A stretch of DNA of 44,178 bases from Candidatus Thorarchaeota archaeon (GTDB lineage: Archaea > Asgardarchaeota > Thorarchaeia > Thorarchaeales > Thorarchaeaceae): contig JBHIAE010000025.1 in NCBI GenBank assembly GCA_046758445.1, positions 1 to 44,178 on the forward strand, given 5' to 3'. Each line of letters begins with the position of its first letter. Position 1 is the stretch's first letter. The translations under genes were made by a program, and so were the position numbers. Below, one piece after another: positions 29,912-38,745 of the stretch. The notes under the pieces were generated by a model. That model was not told where the DNA came from, ran no database searches, and saw nothing but the letters and a program-made list of their open reading frames with translations.

Positions 29912-30595
29912 CTAGGGCCGACTCTCGGTTATCAAGGTGAGTGCAACCATTATCATCATCGTGAGCAAGCCCGCCGCTAAGGTCTTCGCTGCAAACCAAG
30001 TCACATTCTCTTTGGCTACATTGCCGAGGTAGATGCCGAGGACCGCAAGCAGCAACAGCCCCATGAATATGGACGCATAGAGCGAACTCATATGATCTAT
30101 TACTCCAAAGAGCGCAATGACCATTGGGGATATCACGAGGAGAATCGACAACAACGGAGTAACGCCATCGACGAGTGCGAGGAATAATGTCGAGTGTCTT
30201 TCTGCTCTACCAACTCTGAAATGGCTCAGTTTCATCCTCCGGTTGATTTCTCCTCTCCCTCCCATCTCAACCTGCTCAACTATCCGAGAACCCTCAGCAG
30301 AGTCTACAAGATAGGACCCCCCGAACCCAGCCATGAAATGTGCAACACCAGTCGCAAGAGATGCCAGAAGAATCGTTTCAAAAACGAGGAATGAGTCTTG
30401 CATTGAAATCGTGATTAATCCGGTAACCACGATTGCAAGTATTGGAAGGACTCCGTCGTATACCTCCATTGCAAAGTCCCTTCTGACAATCTCGCGGCGT
30501 CCTGTGATCTTCAGGTCTTCTGTGAGGTGATCAATTATGCCATGCTCGTCACCTTCAGCAGCGGCCTCATCGTCTTGCTGACCTGACTCTCTCAT
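29912..30595 (-). CDS. VIT1/CCC1-like membrane protein (putative Fe/Mn transporter)
   Basis: RRDFAMEVYDGVLPILAIV, FMAGFGGSYLVDSAE, LALVDGVTPLL, LLAVLGIYLG; five-TM pattern typical of archaeal VIT1/CCC1 homologs. Confidence 0.65.
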   Translation of the reverse strand: MRESGQQDDEAAAEGDEHGIIDHLTEDLKITGRREIVRRDFAMEVYDGVLPILAIVVTGLITISMQDSFLVFETILLASLATGVAHFMAGFGGSYLVDSAEGSRIVEQVEMGGRGEINRRMKLSHFRVGRAERHSTLFLALVDGVTPLLSILLVISPMVIALFGVIDHMSSLYASIFMGLLLLAVLGIYLGNVAKENVTWFAAKTLAAGLLTMMIMVALTLITESRP

Positions 30596-30847
30596 CGTTG
30601 CAACCGCACTACACCAGACCGCTCTTCCATATCAATGATGCCAAATCTTGTCCTTTTAGCTTTCTTTCCATCTGGAACTACATTTTGCGAGAAAGTTTCA
30701 CACTGAGACCGACCTCATCCAGCTCGTGACATGACGAACATCAGTTCGTTGGGTTTCAGTTTGTAAGTCAGACTGAGTCACTATAGCTTATGAAACAAAC
30801 AGACTTTTATGTCGGAGGTTTCGGAAAGTTAACCATATCCATGGAGA

Positions 30848-32299
30848 ATGGAGAATCTCGACATGGTATACTACAACGAGATTCCTGAAGTCAACAAACG
30901 GATGGTCGCAGGTTACTACCTGTTCCTCTGTTTGATTGGGTTCGCTATTCTCCTAGGACCAACGGGATCCGGCATACCAATAACGATTGTTGGTACGACC
31001 GACAGGGACGAGCATGATGCTCTATTGTCGCAGCCAAACTGGGCAGCTGACCCAACGGGCTGTGCAGGTTGTCATGGCGACAGATATGGCAATTGGTCCA
31101 TTTCTGCCCATGCGAGAGCGGCCGTGTGGAATGGTACTCACGTACTTTTAGGTAATCTCTCATTTATGGCATTCACTATGGCAGAATGGAATGCGTCAAG
31201 CTGCGCAGCCTGCCATACTACTGGTTGGGACAACTCCACTGGTACTCCAACCTACGATTTCCTTGGTGTCAACTGCTTTCAATGCCATGACATCAACGCT
31301 CCAGAGTGGGTAGATTACTCCGGGACCGTGTGTCAATCCTGCCACTATGGTGACCCAGCGAGTGAGCATCCACATCAGGTTGACTGGCAGAACTCAGCCC
31401 ATGCTAATTCTTTGACGGATTTAAGGTCCAGTAGCCATGCAGCGGCGTATTGTATGCACTGTATGTCTGGTGAGGGCTTTATCCATCAGCAGAACCCTGG
31501 CGAGCTGGCAACAACTTCTCCGAATGTGAATACCACCTTTGCAGTTGATGGAGATTACAACTCCGTCACGTGTCCTACCTGTCATGCAGTCCACTCAAAC
31601 TGGACTCAAGCTGGCACACCATCTTACATCAGAGCCATCAATGTTACAGAGCTCTGCGGGCTTTGTCACACAGGCAGCTACCAACCACAATATGACATTT
31701 GGATTGGAAGTCCAATGAACCTGGCTGGTGTGGAGTGTACTGACTGCCACGGATACGACTTGGCGCAAGGCACCGAACCTTTTCTGAACCACACTTTTGC
31801 CGTGGATCCTGAGGTTGCCTGTGGTCAGTCGGATGAGTGTCACATGGGTATGGAGAACTGGGCAACTGGCCAGCTTGATATGACTCACCAAGCCTTCCTA
31901 GGGCTTACTGCGGAAATAACCGCTGAAGCCGCATCCCTGAGGACCATCGTTGAAACATACAATGCTACAGCAGGCGCAGATCATGCAGTCGCGAACACTG
32001 TCCTGGCCATCATTGATGATGTCGAGAGCACCGTTCGCCTCTATGAAACTGACGGCAGCAAAGGATTTCACTTTAAGGACGCAGTCTTTAAAGACTTGAA
32101 CTCTGCCTACGTGGATCTGCTCGAGGCCAAGGCCTACTTCTATGAAAACACGGCAGCTGGTGAAACTGCTACTGTTACTGTGACTACAACCGTAACAGTC
32201 CCAGGTCCTGGCGTGGACACCCTTCTACTCGTAGGGGGAAGTGTTGGTGGCATTGCTCTTGGTCTGGTTCTAGGAGTCTTTGTCGGCAGACGCCGATAA
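30848..32299 (+). CDS. Membrane-anchored extracellular multiheme cytochrome c (7 CxxCH plus CxxCM plus CX5CH; c554/c552-like elements)
   Basis: CAGCH, CAACH, CFQCH, CQSCH, CPTCH, CGLCH, CTDCH, plus CMHCM and CGQSDECH. Also WxxSxH twice, NHTF and DGSKGFH; N-terminal signal/TM; Thr-rich linker, C-terminal TM and RRR tail; 10 NxS/T sequons. Confidence 0.93.
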   Translation: MENLDMVYYNEIPEVNKRMVAGYYLFLCLIGFAILLGPTGSGIPITIVGTTDRDEHDALLSQPNWAADPTGCAGCHGDRYGNWSISAHARAAVWNGTHVLLGNLSFMAFTMAEWNASSCAACHTTGWDNSTGTPTYDFLGVNCFQCHDINAPEWVDYSGTVCQSCHYGDPASEHPHQVDWQNSAHANSLTDLRSSSHAAAYCMHCMSGEGFIHQQNPGELATTSPNVNTTFAVDGDYNSVTCPTCHAVHSNWTQAGTPSYIRAINVTELCGLCHTGSYQPQYDIWIGSPMNLAGVECTDCHGYDLAQGTEPFLNHTFAVDPEVACGQSDECHMGMENWATGQLDMTHQAFLGLTAEITAEAASLRTIVETYNATAGADHAVANTVLAIIDDVESTVRLYETDGSKGFHFKDAVFKDLNSAYVDLLEAKAYFYENTAAGETATVTVTTTVTVPGPGVDTLLLVGGSVGGIALGLVLGVFVGRRR

Positions 32300-32481
32300 T
32301 GGGCGAACAAAGTAGGAAGAAACTCATGGGCGATACGGGTGCTTTGCATCCGTTTCTCTCTCTTTTTTCCCTACGAGTTCTGTACATTGTAGTAGGGCAT
32401 TTTGTGGAATTGCAGTTATGACACAGCTGCACTTGGTCTATGTTTAGGCCAATGGATTTTGTTAAAGGAGAAATCAATCAG

Positions 32482-34659
32482 ATGCATAAGAGAAATCTGC
32501 CGATAGCGATAATAGTCATATTTCTTATGACTGGTGTGGGCAATGTGGAGCCAATTCCTTCACATAAGGCCGGCACTCCCCTGTTAGAGAACAGGCCGTT
32601 CATCGCACAGGATGAGTCAGGCCAGTACAACGTGAGCTCATACTATGACTTCGCATTGGCGACTGGTGGGATATTGGCCAGCAAGCTGGTTGTTGGCGTA
32701 GATGGGACCGTCTTTCACTATGGATATCCAGAATGGGATCTCATGGGATGGGCCCCTGCTCTTGCCGACTATTATTGGGCTATTGCAGGCATGGCTAGAA
32801 TATTCGAGATAACCGGGAATAACACGCTTTCTGTGTTCATAAGCCGAGTGGCAAATCATATGGTTACAGCATTCAGAGACACAATCTATCCTGGATATTT
32901 CGTGAACACTTTTCATCCAGTCGAGGCAATAGCGCAGTCAAAGCGTCCTGGTATACAGGCTTATGCTTACCTGGCACTGAGTATTGCGGAGAGTGTGAAT
33001 AGTTCACTAGATTTCACGAACGAGAAGCAAGACGCCATCAGATGCTTGACGGATGTCCTCTATGACGATGTATACGGAGGCTTACGATTCATGGCATATA
33101 GGAACGGTTCGGTAAGCAATGATGTCCTCGATGTGTACCCGAACGATGGAAAGCGACTCGACCACCTAGCTCTGGGCGCCACCGCTCTCTATGAGGAAGG
33201 GCTTCTAGTTGGGAACTCAACAATGATTGCAATGGCCAATAGCTCCTTGTCATTCATGATAGAGCATATGGCTCTATACAATAACACTGAGTTCCAGGGT
33301 TTCATGATTGCTACTGATCGGATTGGTTTGGAACCCCACGTAGCGATCTTGGAACGGCCTGGTAGGTCAGTCATAACTGATCTCAATGCGATGGCTATTC
33401 AAGCGTTGCTTAAGGGCTATGAGGTCACAGGAAATATGACCTATTTGGAGTGGGCTGAAGACACTCACAAAGCAATGTTGACTAACCATTGGGATAGAAA
33501 TAACGGAGGATGGTACGCAGAGAGCCTAGATGGAGAACTGTGGGCGCCGATCGACTTCGAAGATACGGAACGCTACAAATACTCTGAAATTCAATTCCAG
33601 ATGGTCGTTGCCGAGGAGATGTTATACGAGGTTACAGGAGAGCTGTTTTACATCCGGCTAGTGATTGACACTCTAGATATCGTACTCGCAAATCTCTGGG
33701 ACAAGATGAACGGAGGTTTCGTTGCAAATGGAGATGAAGATTCATCTGTCCTCACCGATGATTGGAAAAACCATTACACTGGAGTTCAATCTCTAGGAGT
33801 GCTCGCACTTGAGCGAGTTTGGTCTTATGGGCTTCCGATAGTTTCCTACGTTCGTGTTGGTCCGTCCAACCCGCGCCCCCAAGATAGTGTGTCATTTCTG
33901 GCCACTGCACTTGACAGTGATGGTATTGATACTGTATTGGTCAACTACACCTTGGAGCTCGGAGGAGTCGAGAACAGCACAATGCTCGAGCTTTCTCCGC
34001 ATCCAGAAGTCGGAGGTGTCTACAACAAGACAATCAGCCCTCTTCCGGACGGCTCACGGGTGAACTTCGTTGTCATAGCAAATGATACTCTTGGGAATGT
34101 GTTCATCGCTGGAAACTACTTCTTTGCTGTACGCGCAGACATATGGGGGCCTGTCATACTGCTCAGAGCTGTTTATCCAACTGATGGGGTCAGAGCAGGA
34201 GATACCGTGGTCATCGAGTTTGGCACTTATGAGTTTCCAACCCATAGTTCCATCATATCCTTCCAGATGTTCTGGAAAGTGAATGACGGTGTCTACGAGC
34301 CGGAGAACATGACCCTCGTGGATGTGGACGAACAGTATCTCGTTTGGGTTGCTAACTTGGGGAGTGCCTTCAAGGCGGGTGATGTCATATCATTCTATTG
34401 TCTTGCTGAAGATGAAACCGGAAACCTTGGTCAAAGTGGTTTCTTTAGACTCACGATTTTGGGACCATCCATCCTGGTGGATCCGTGGACAGCGTGGCAG
34501 GTGATAGCGACAATAGGTCTTGTTGCCGCACCAGGAGTCGGATATGGCGTGACACGGATTCGACGACAGAGGGCACATGCAACACAGCGTGAGCTCAAGA
34601 AGGAGGCACGCAAAAGGGCACGAAAGAAGAAACCTAGACGATCTAGAAGGAGTAATTGA
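32482..34659 (+). CDS. Secreted (alpha/alpha)6-barrel protein (AGE/GH76/six-hairpin glycosidase-like) with two Ig-like domains, C-terminal TM and very basic tail
   Basis: Signal peptide after an AAAGGAG SD. Repeated hairpin units (ARIFEITGN, LLKGYEVTGNMTYLEWA, LYEVTGE; LYDDVYGG, HWDRNNGGW, LWDKMNGGF). Two Ig-like repeats ending NDTLGN and EDETGN. Tail RKRARKKKPRRSRRSN. Confidence 0.65.
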   Translation: MHKRNLPIAIIVIFLMTGVGNVEPIPSHKAGTPLLENRPFIAQDESGQYNVSSYYDFALATGGILASKLVVGVDGTVFHYGYPEWDLMGWAPALADYYWAIAGMARIFEITGNNTLSVFISRVANHMVTAFRDTIYPGYFVNTFHPVEAIAQSKRPGIQAYAYLALSIAESVNSSLDFTNEKQDAIRCLTDVLYDDVYGGLRFMAYRNGSVSNDVLDVYPNDGKRLDHLALGATALYEEGLLVGNSTMIAMANSSLSFMIEHMALYNNTEFQGFMIATDRIGLEPHVAILERPGRSVITDLNAMAIQALLKGYEVTGNMTYLEWAEDTHKAMLTNHWDRNNGGWYAESLDGELWAPIDFEDTERYKYSEIQFQMVVAEEMLYEVTGELFYIRLVIDTLDIVLANLWDKMNGGFVANGDEDSSVLTDDWKNHYTGVQSLGVLALERVWSYGLPIVSYVRVGPSNPRPQDSVSFLATALDSDGIDTVLVNYTLELGGVENSTMLELSPHPEVGGVYNKTISPLPDGSRVNFVVIANDTLGNVFIAGNYFFAVRADIWGPVILLRAVYPTDGVRAGDTVVIEFGTYEFPTHSSIISFQMFWKVNDGVYEPENMTLVDVDEQYLVWVANLGSAFKAGDVISFYCLAEDETGNLGQSGFFRLTILGPSILVDPWTAWQVIATIGLVAAPGVGYGVTRIRRQRAHATQRELKKEARKRARKKKPRRSRRSN

Positions 34660-34676
34660 AACTGGAGAGGAAGTAA

Positions 34677-36740
34677 ATGGACACTGGCACAATACTACTA
34701 CTGGCAGCCATTCTGGCAATTGCAGCAGACATCATTGTGCTGCTCATCGGACCTAGACTTGAGAACTACGACACAATATCAGCAGCAATGGCAGGGATAG
34801 GCTTTCTCGCCTCAATGGGCGCGCTGATCTGGTTGGGAATACTGATCTTTGGGAATCAGTTCCAGTATGAGTACGTATTTCTGACAACCAAATCAACTGC
34901 ACCCTGGTATTTGAAGCTATCATCTCTTTGGGCGGGACAGGCTGGTTCCTTGGTGTTCTGGGCGGCAACCTCTTTTGTCTTGTACACCGGCTATCGCGTA
35001 CTCACACGCGAGTACGAGGAAGATACGATTGTGTATAGGGGATCGATACTCATAGCGCTTCAAACCATGCTCATTACAATCAACGCTCTGGCCTCTGATC
35101 CGTTCAGGGCAAATCCAAACATTGTTGTAGAAGGCGCTGGTCTCAATCCGCTGTTGAGAACAATCTGGAATGTTATTCATCCTCCAATCGTATTCATAGC
35201 GTATGCTTTAGCAGTGATACCTTTCGCTGTCAAGCTAGCCGGATTCACGGTGCGATCTGAGGAGAGGAATTCTGAGCCTATCCCAATCCTGGAGTCATTC
35301 AATCGATTCATGACTGTGGCATCATGGCTGATGCTGACACTAGGAATCGCAATAGGTGCCTATTGGGCGTACGTTGTTCTTGGTTGGGGCGGTTATTGGG
35401 CTTGGGATCCTGTAGAAACCACATCACTCGTGCCCTGGCTTCTGCTGACAGCGTACTACCATGCTAAGGCTGTGCTCAAGGACCACGATGTTCTGAGAGA
35501 TTCATTTCTTGTCTTCACCTATGTTACAGTACTCTACGCGACTTGGGTGACAAGGAGCGGCGTCTTGAACTCTGTGCATGGATTCTCCATCTCAATTGTC
35601 AGCTGGACCATGTTCTATACGGTGGTTGCCAACTTTATCCTGGCTGCTGTTCTAACCATAAGGGCTGGCTACGTAGATATGGATGACGAGGATGATGGCG
35701 GAGGATTCAGGCTCTTCTCACTTTCAAACATCAGAGACCTCTCGATAAAGTTGGCTCTTTTTGGCATCCTGGCAATCACGGCAATATCTGTAATTGGCGT
35801 TGTTCTGCCTGCGGGAATCAATCTCCCCCTCGCATTGGCAGACCCTGTGAACTACAGGGATAGCATGGTGTCGGTTAGCCTTGAGTTCTTCAGGGCTGGC
35901 TTCTACGTCGGGTCGCTCTTCTTGGTTGTGTCTGCATTCTACTGCATGAGGAGCACAATCATCAGCCGGAAAACGAAGAGTGTCACTATTCTAATTCTGC
36001 TCTTGGTTGGAGTAGGCTTGGCTATCCTTACAGCTAGTCAAGGCTATTTCCTGCCGACCAACTACTGGCCAGCGAACGCCCTTATCCCTGTAGCCATAGG
36101 AGGTGTCATCTTCTTGGCTGTAGCTTTTGGTCGAACGCTCGCAGGGCGGGAGAGTGGTTCTATCACCATGAGGCGGATGGGAAGGCTAATGCTCCACTTA
36201 GGACTCATCACTCTTCTTCTAGGAGTGTTCATGAGCGAGAATGTCGTCTATGAAACCAATCTGACATACCTTGAAACCCAGTCACATGAAGTGTCACCAG
36301 GGATCCAGATCGTTGTGGTGGAGATAGATTTGGGACACTGGGTTCACGAAACTGATTTCGAGTTGACAGTGTTCCTCCAAGTCATCGAAAACAATCAGTC
36401 CGCGTGGCTCGGCGTAGCTATCATTACTGGTCATCCCGGGTGGGGGTCCGTAACGCACGATGTGTACCTTCAGTCGACCGCGCTTCGAGATGTCTTTGTG
36501 GCGATAACTGGCTTCAGCCAAGTGGGACCTGGCGTGATGCAGGTCACACTGCACACGAAAGTCTTGCCCTTAGTATCACTTGTGTGGGTGGGCGTGGTCA
36601 TGATGTTCATGGCCCTATTCCCGTTGGCGTTTATTGAAGGTGCGGCCCTTCGTCGAGCACTGAAGGAGAAGGAACAGGATCTTTACGAATTTGAAAATGA
36701 AACGCCTCATGAGGACGAGGCAAACCCGCCTGAAGCGTAA
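34677..36740 (+). CDS. ccmF: Cytochrome c heme lyase CcmF (System I), copy 1
   Basis: LWAGQAGSLVFW, GLNPLL...IHPP, WWD domain LGWGGYWAWDPVETTSLVPWL..AYYH, TRSGVLNSVHGF, LHLG, C-terminal PLVSLVWVG. Confidence 0.95.
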   Translation: MDTGTILLLAAILAIAADIIVLLIGPRLENYDTISAAMAGIGFLASMGALIWLGILIFGNQFQYEYVFLTTKSTAPWYLKLSSLWAGQAGSLVFWAATSFVLYTGYRVLTREYEEDTIVYRGSILIALQTMLITINALASDPFRANPNIVVEGAGLNPLLRTIWNVIHPPIVFIAYALAVIPFAVKLAGFTVRSEERNSEPIPILESFNRFMTVASWLMLTLGIAIGAYWAYVVLGWGGYWAWDPVETTSLVPWLLLTAYYHAKAVLKDHDVLRDSFLVFTYVTVLYATWVTRSGVLNSVHGFSISIVSWTMFYTVVANFILAAVLTIRAGYVDMDDEDDGGGFRLFSLSNIRDLSIKLALFGILAITAISVIGVVLPAGINLPLALADPVNYRDSMVSVSLEFFRAGFYVGSLFLVVSAFYCMRSTIISRKTKSVTILILLLVGVGLAILTASQGYFLPTNYWPANALIPVAIGGVIFLAVAFGRTLAGRESGSITMRRMGRLMLHLGLITLLLGVFMSENVVYETNLTYLETQSHEVSPGIQIVVVEIDLGHWVHETDFELTVFLQVIENNQSAWLGVAIITGHPGWGSVTHDVYLQSTALRDVFVAITGFSQVGPGVMQVTLHTKVLPLVSLVWVGVVMMFMALFPLAFIEGAALRRALKEKEQDLYEFENETPHEDEANPPEA

Positions 36741-37353
36741 CACCCGAAGGTCTAGACCAACCAATCTCGTTGGATAAGTGTCGTCCAAATGAAACCATCG
36801 GGCGACACACCCTTCTTTTCTTCCCAATGAACGTTCAACTACTTGGTCGGGGTTGCCATAACAGGGAGGAGTATGAACCATACTAGGTAGAATTCTCTTA
36901 GTCTTGTTTTTGGTGAGAACGCAAACACTCAAAGAACTATAGCCATATCTCACAGAATAATGCGGGGGCTATGTTTCCAAGTCCAGCATGTGTTCCTTCT
37001 GGAGATACAAATAGGATACCACGCGAACCTCTGAACAAAATGTAACAATCCCTAAACCTGAGAGGGTCTCATGGACTATGAGTGGAGAACTGTGATAAAG
37101 CTAGAATATCGCAAGATAAGGAATGGATTGAAACTATCAACTGAATCCAGATGTTCTGGAAATGGAATTCCTGGAAGAAACACTCTGAGATTTGACTTTG
37201 CTTTATGTATCCTCACTGCAAGTGCTGCATAAGGAGGGACTAGGCAATCACGCACTGCATCTTCTGTAAATAGCTAACATCTTAATTGTTTATTATTCCA
37301 ATCAGAAGCTATTGATCTCAATAGCGATTGTTCATGGCCTGGAGGCAAAGTCA

Positions 37354-37536
37354 ATGGAAACGATAAAGTCAAGCAGTTTTCTTTTCATACTAGGAGTTGT
37401 TCTGCTCCTGACGAGCTTCGCATTGGATTCATATATCTTCATTACTGGTGCTGTCGGAATAATCGGAGATGTCAAGTGGATTTCACATCTTCTTGGAATT
37501 GCTCTCGTATATCTTGGATACAGGAGCAAAGAATGA
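37354..37536 (+). CDS. Small two-TM hypothetical membrane protein (60 aa)
   Basis: GGAGG SD at 37341, ATG 37354, two hydrophobic helices, followed by a hairpin at 37572-37609. Confidence 0.55.
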   Translation: METIKSSSFLFILGVVLLLTSFALDSYIFITGAVGIIGDVKWISHLLGIALVYLGYRSKE

Positions 37537-37571
37537 AGAAAGACCACAGGTGATCTATGTCTTAGGTGAAG

Positions 37572-37610
37572 AAGGCTCACTCCGAGTCTTTGCAGGCAAA
37601 GTGAGCCTTT
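37572..37610 (+). terminator. Inverted repeat, putative terminator
   Basis: AAGGCTCACT (37572-37581) and AGTGAGCCTT (37600-37609) form a perfect 10-bp stem downstream of the small ORF. Confidence 0.4.
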
Positions 37611-37957
37611 GAGATTGACCTAGCAGTCTCTGTGAGTGCAAAAGCAGCTTTCTCGAACTGTAGGCCTTCTAAGTATCATGAAGCGTATCTATAGTGGTTA
37701 TTCTTGTTTCTAGATTGGACAGTTTAGTGATGAAGGCATGCCGTAATTCCTTTGAAGCTGTTTTCTTCATATCGTTGACCTTGTCTTGTAAGGTCCGCGG
37801 CTAGACCTCAAGTCGGACACCGAATTCAAGATTTTGTTATTGCCACAGAGCACGAATAGGTTGCAGTCAGCGGCTAAGCCTCTTTGTAGGCGTGTCTTTC
37901 AATGATTGTACATACTGCACTTCCCCTGGCAGACGGCTCAGTTGGCTGAATTACAGA

Positions 37958-38350
37958 CTAAGGAGCAGTTGTGGTTGCTGTTTCATACTTGCTCGGACAT
38001 CGAGCCAAGATCTGGGAAGCCCTGAATAGCTGTGCAGATTCAAGCACTCCAATGGCAACCATTTCCTGCCCATCGGTAAGGTTAGGGAGTTCTCCCTCGA
38101 CCAGAACTGTGATAGTATGACTGTCCCCCTCTAAAACGAGAGTGACATTGCTGACATTGAATGAGATTGATCCAGGCTGAAGATTACCTTTGATCTGAAT
38201 TGTCCTGCCTATGTAAGCATCTGGGTTGTCAGCGACGGCATCGACACTGATATACGGATCGACGAAGAGAGTTAACATACCATAAGCCACGAATCCAAAG
38301 GTGAAGACTAGTACTATCGAGATTAGAAGAACTCTGGACCTCTTATTCAA
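37958..38350 (-). CDS. ccmE: Heme chaperone CcmE, CxxxY (System I*) variant
   Basis: N-terminal TM, OB-fold-type GRTIQIKG...GELPNL..GQEMVAIG, and C-terminal ILARCPSKY in place of HDENY. Confidence 0.93.
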   Translation of the reverse strand: MNKRSRVLLISIVLVFTFGFVAYGMLTLFVDPYISVDAVADNPDAYIGRTIQIKGNLQPGSISFNVSNVTLVLEGDSHTITVLVEGELPNLTDGQEMVAIGVLESAQLFRASQILARCPSKYETATTTAP

Positions 38351-38744
38351 CTTCTTTTCGCTCCTGGCTCAATCCTGATTCAACGATAATCAAGGACTGT
38401 TCTAGTGAGGAAATACTCATAGTCTGCCAAAACAACAGAACAAACACACCCATCCAAATGACGATTGAGAACGGATACATGGGAATCTGGTATGACGCCC
38501 CAATGCCAAGTATTAGGACTGCAATCCCAACGAGTTCAAGAATCACCGCAAAGTACACCGGTAGTTTGTTGGGAATCGACAACAGGTTATTTGCATTCCC
38601 ACTGGCCTGCACAAGTGTCTCCAATGACTTCTCTATGTTCTGCATGCGAAGAAGAAGCCAGGCGATGAACACAAACGCGCCAACCCAAAGGATTACAGAA
38701 ACTGCAAAGAGTTCAATTGAAAGTACGACTTCCGGCGACTGCAT
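38343..38744 (-). CDS. CcmD-like membrane protein with an internal duplication (three TM helices)
   Basis: Occupies the ccmD position between ccmC and ccmE and is coupled to both. Two similar units: FAVSVILWVGAFVFIAWLLLRMQNIEKSL and YPFSIVIWMGVFVLLFWQTMSISSLEQSL. Confidence 0.6.
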   Translation of the reverse strand: MQSPEVVLSIELFAVSVILWVGAFVFIAWLLLRMQNIEKSLETLVQASGNANNLLSIPNKLPVYFAVILELVGIAVLILGIGASYQIPMYPFSIVIWMGVFVLLFWQTMSISSLEQSLIIVESGLSQERKEVE

Positions 38745-38745
38745 T

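Noticed and set aside
30848-32299. Calling the cytochrome NrfA (ammonia-forming nitrite reductase) or HAO
   Set aside because: It has c552-like C-terminal elements, but no CxxCK motif and a different heme count and spacing. Function cannot be assigned from sequence alone.
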